A stretch of DNA of 38,823 nt from Octopus sinensis (taxonomy: Eukaryota), in the NCBI RefSeq assembly GCF_006345805.1, contig NW_021835744.1, positions 1-38,823 on the forward strand, read 5' to 3'. Both the position numbers and the translations under genes were made by a program. The notes beneath the pieces are model-generated. The model made no database searches, was not told the origin of the DNA, and saw nothing but the letters and a program-made list of their open reading frames with translations. Position 1 is the stretch's first letter. Every line of letters starts with the position of its first letter. Positions 35,100 through 38,823 of the stretch are shown here, in pieces.

Positions 35100-36196
35100 T
35101 TCTTAGAAAAATCACAGGGTGCTGAAATTTCGTCTCCTCCTGGTTTTGATATGCCATAGCAGCAGCAGGAGTGCCTGTTAGCTATAGCATAGGCTTCATT
35201 GCTTCTGGATGTAGTAGATATGGGTGTATTGGAAACTTCAGGAAGATTTTCAGCAGAAATGGATGTAGTTGTTTCCCTTTCTCTCTTGGATCAATGTTTA
35301 GTTACGAAAGATGTTTCCTTGTTGATGCCTTGTTATTATGTTGTACAATCGCTGATTTCATATTGAGAAAATCGTAAGTTTGGTGTGTCTTATTTGCAAA
35401 TGTGTCTGTATATTTACGGAGTTCTATTTAACTGTATTCCTGTATGTTAATTTGTGATCTATCAAAAGTTAGGTGTTACCTGAAGGACTCTCCCATTTCT
35501 CCATTATAATGCTCTCCGTATTATGAGCATGCTATTTCATAGATCAGGTTAAGTTATTTCTTGATTGAGAAAACTTTTCCTTGCTTAAAATGTATTTCTG
35601 ACCCATCTGTCTGATTATAAAATATAGCACAGTTGGTTCTTGCCGTTTTTTTTCTCAACTGTTTGTTCTGTTGTTATTGTTTGAAATCTGGTCTTTGTTA
35701 CTTTTCTTCGTTGATTCGGTTGCATTTTCTTTTTGCTTTTTATGATTATATATGCTTAAAAAATTTGGTTCAAGCTGGGATCGTTTTCTGTAACAGTGTG
35801 TTTTGAAATATGATATAAGCTTCATTGTTTTGGGGATTGTATGTGCAAATATATAATAGGATTTTCAATTCCGTCATACTTCTATGTTTTGTTTGTCTGG
35901 ATTCCTAGGTATTGTATTTTGTGGTTCGTTGTATTTCATTACCAAATAAGGATGGTGAGTAACTCTTGTCAAGGAAAGTATGCTTCATTCCTTAAAGATT
36001 TATGACACGGATTTATACCTTTTGGTGAGGTTATAAGGGACTTCTATTCCCGTTTATTGCGCAAGACATGAAGTGAACGGAAGATATTGTTTGTACTTTT
36101 ATAGTCAAATTTTATCACTATTTTGTACTTGATTTTCAATATTGGGATGCTTAGAAATGGGAGTTGGTTATGTTTATATTACGTGGTAAATCGTAG
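35100..36196 (-). mobile_element. Penelope-like element, 3' part (RT thumb and GIY-YIG)
   Basis: LRFT..., QLPFL, LIYEIACS*YGEHYNGEMGESFR (decayed GIY-YIG). Confidence 0.8.
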
Positions 36197-36825
36197 TCAA
36201 CCACGAAATGCCTGTGTCAGTGAAAGTGAGAGATAGCAAGTCACTGAAGCTAGCTAAAAATTCCAAATACGTTAGTGCGTGGACACCAAGTACTGAAAAA
36301 GATATCGTAGCAGGGAAAACTCTTGCCTGGAGCGCATACCATAAATTGAGAAGGGTATGGAGTTCAAAGTTAGCAAGGAAATTGAAAGTGAGGTTGTTTC
36401 TGGCAACAGAGGTGTCTGTTCTTCGTTACGGGGTTGAAACATGGACGCTCAGTAAAGCACTGAAGAAGCAGCTGGACGGATGTTATACGAGGATGCTTAG
36501 AGTGGCACTCAATGTCTCCTGGAAGAGTCATACAACAAACGCCGACTTATACCAGGGACTACCAAAAGTAACATTGAAGATACAGCATAGAAGGATGAGG
36601 CTAGATCGACACTGCATCAGACATACCGATGAAATTGCTCTGGCAACCAACGGAAGGAAGAACCAGGAGAGGTAGGAGGAAGACGACCTATATCGACAAC
36701 TTGCTGGAGGAAACTGGTATTGAAGGGGTACAGGAACTGAGGACCATTATGGAAGATCGAGATGAATGGGGAAAACGTGTGAAAACAATCTTGGGTCGTC
36801 CTAGGCGACGAGCTAGCTAGCTAGG

Positions 36826-36872
<47 letters not shown>
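36197..36872 (+). mobile_element. RTEX/RTE-like LINE 3' end with (GATA)n tail, inserted in the Penelope element
   Basis: LAWSAYHKLRRVWSSKL, YGVETWTL, LDGCYTRMLRVALNVSWK.HTTN..LY, LLWQP..G...RGR..TTYID, then (CTAG)/(GATA)n. Confidence 0.8.
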
Positions 36873-36874
<2 letters not shown>

Positions 36875-37340
36875 TTTGCTAACCCCTTTGGGTAATGTTC
36901 CAAATTCTATAATTTCTCTCTATTTTCATTCCATAGAATGAAGCTTTCGTGGAAGTGTTTTCAAGTTTCTTGTATACATTTTAATAAACAGTGTCTATAT
37001 ATTCGCAATAATTTTTGGTACATCACAATCCTTAGATATTTTATAACTAGATTTGTGAAGATGGGGTTTGTTTTCGTTCCCATCGTGGTCACTGATTTGT
37101 ATCGAACATTGTCATTGAACGTAATGTAGTGAGTCTCTAGAATAAACTTTTGTCCTATTACAGATACTTTGACAAGCGGTGAGGAGGCCCATCTTTAAAA
37201 TTATTCAGCCAGGATTTAATGGCAAATTACATATCATCTAATTGCTGGTGTAAAAAAGCGTCGCACAAGGAATACAAACTTCAAATTTTGCGCTTGTACA
37301 TGCTCAATATTGTAAACGCTATCAGTATCACATATGAATG
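36873..37340 (-). mobile_element. Penelope-like element, RT core (5' part of the element split by the RTEX insertion)
   Basis: GQKFILETHYITFND..., TTMGTKTNPIFTNLVIKYL and a decayed WKRF.DDCFILW. It joins 36196 to read QNLRFT. Confidence 0.8.
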
Positions 37341-38823
37341 TATTTGCGTTAGTAATCGCTACAAAGTTGTCATCTTTCCTCAAAAAGAAACCCCGTTAAA
37401 GATTACGTTTGTATACTTTGATACTTTGTAATATGGAATCTTTTGTAACATGATACGTCTTTTAGGGGTCTCCCTTACACAGAGTACGGCATCTGTGTAG
37501 TGTTCACTAACTCCCATACATTATGCGCGATGTTTAAATATGAATACGTACATATGTAAAGCTTTAGCAATACTCAAATTGTAACTAAAGACGCAAATCC
37601 AATAAGAAGATTATTAAACTTATAATTATATGAAACAGTATTTCAATTTAAATATGGTATATATTGTCTTTTATTCAGTAAGTCATTTGCCGGTTAGTAG
37701 ATGGCGACCATGTTTGGGTCTCCTTGAAGTCCATAACCACCTAAGTATATATATTTCAGCAGTTTATGTGTACTCACAGTTTCACAGAAATATCCTATTG
37801 TAATCTTAAGCAAACTGAAAAAATATCTGGTAGTCCCCTTACAAGTCTACTTCGGGGATGACCGACCTCTCATCTGAGAATCTATAAGAGGATCTTCCAG
37901 TCAATTAACAAACTTCATGCGCTTGAAGGCTATATTTCTGTGTGAAATTTATAATATTAATAATGAGAAACTGCACAGATCTTTGAGTGTTACAACTGGT
38001 ACTTTTGCTAGATTTCATTGAATTTGATATGCTTGATATCAAGTGAATACCGTCACATTTAATTACATCTGAAATGGAACAATGTAACATGAAGTCAGTT
38101 TGAAGAAAATTTCAGAAAACCGTCTGAATGTCTATAAAGACTTAGAAATTTGTTATCTATGAGGTTAAAGAATTGCACAAACATGTTTATATCCAGGACT
38201 AGTATCCACCACTACACGCTTGCTATGTTTAATAGAAAAAGTCGATATAAAATATAAATGACTTCTGTGGTGACATGATTAATTTTCATCAACCGAAAAC
38301 ACTGCACAGTGTAGAACATATTCTTCCTGGTTGACATTCTTACGAAGACACATGAGCAACAAAGTCCCGGGTTTACCCTGAGCATCAATGAAGTCACATT
38401 AACAAGAGTTTTCAGAAGACATTCAGGTCCGAGACTGTGGACGGACAACTTTTAGTATTCCTTACCAATCATTTATACCCAAACAAACTGATTGTGAGAA
38501 CCTTTAAATTTATGTCTTTCGAAGACCGCTACATATTCGAGATGTGGAAAAAACAAACAAACGAAAAACAAATGAAATACTTTTACACTTACATGTCAAC
38601 AAACCGTGGTCCCTCAACACTGGGGTCTGCGACTAATTGTTGATACACCACGAGGGAAAGGAATAATTCTTCGTTGAATCCAAAGTAAAACTTTCCAATA
38701 CCTTTTTTAAATAAAATGATCGAGCTGCAACTTTGGTTATCTCTAAAATCTTCATGAAAAAGAATGAAAATTTCCTGTTCTTTTCAGTGGATCTCACATA
38801 TTTCTTCTTCCAATATCTGGATG

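Noticed and set aside
37900-38643. Coding-like composition and short ORFs near the window end
   Set aside because: No family motif could be assigned with confidence; only vague resemblance to a retroelement.

Overview
AT-rich animal genomic DNA, packed with microsatellites and transposon remnants. The SINE families and the (AT)n/(AC)n/(ATAC)n density point to an octopus or other cephalopod; this is my recognition, not a database result. There are no prokaryotic features. One convincing host exon is present (27770-27922, +, phase 1-1, Cys-rich EGF-like). Most of the remainder is decayed mobile DNA: at least six Penelope-like (PLE) RT/GIY-YIG fragments, a Helitron with an intact 3' end, two R4/Dong LINE remnants, CR1-like, RTE-BovB-like and RTEX-like LINEs, a mariner, a probable solo LTR and many tRNA-derived SINEs. 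Almost all ORFs in the supplied track are microsatellite or antisense-TE artefacts. The most interesting signal is non-coding. The window holds several minimal type I hammerhead ribozyme (HHR) motifs from different families. These include a tandem pair about 505 nt apart with retrozyme-like architecture, and three motifs sharing an atypical CCGANGA core, two of which have compensating stems. Several foldback (inverted-duplication) structures also recur. All assignments were made by eye; no searches or folding programs were run.
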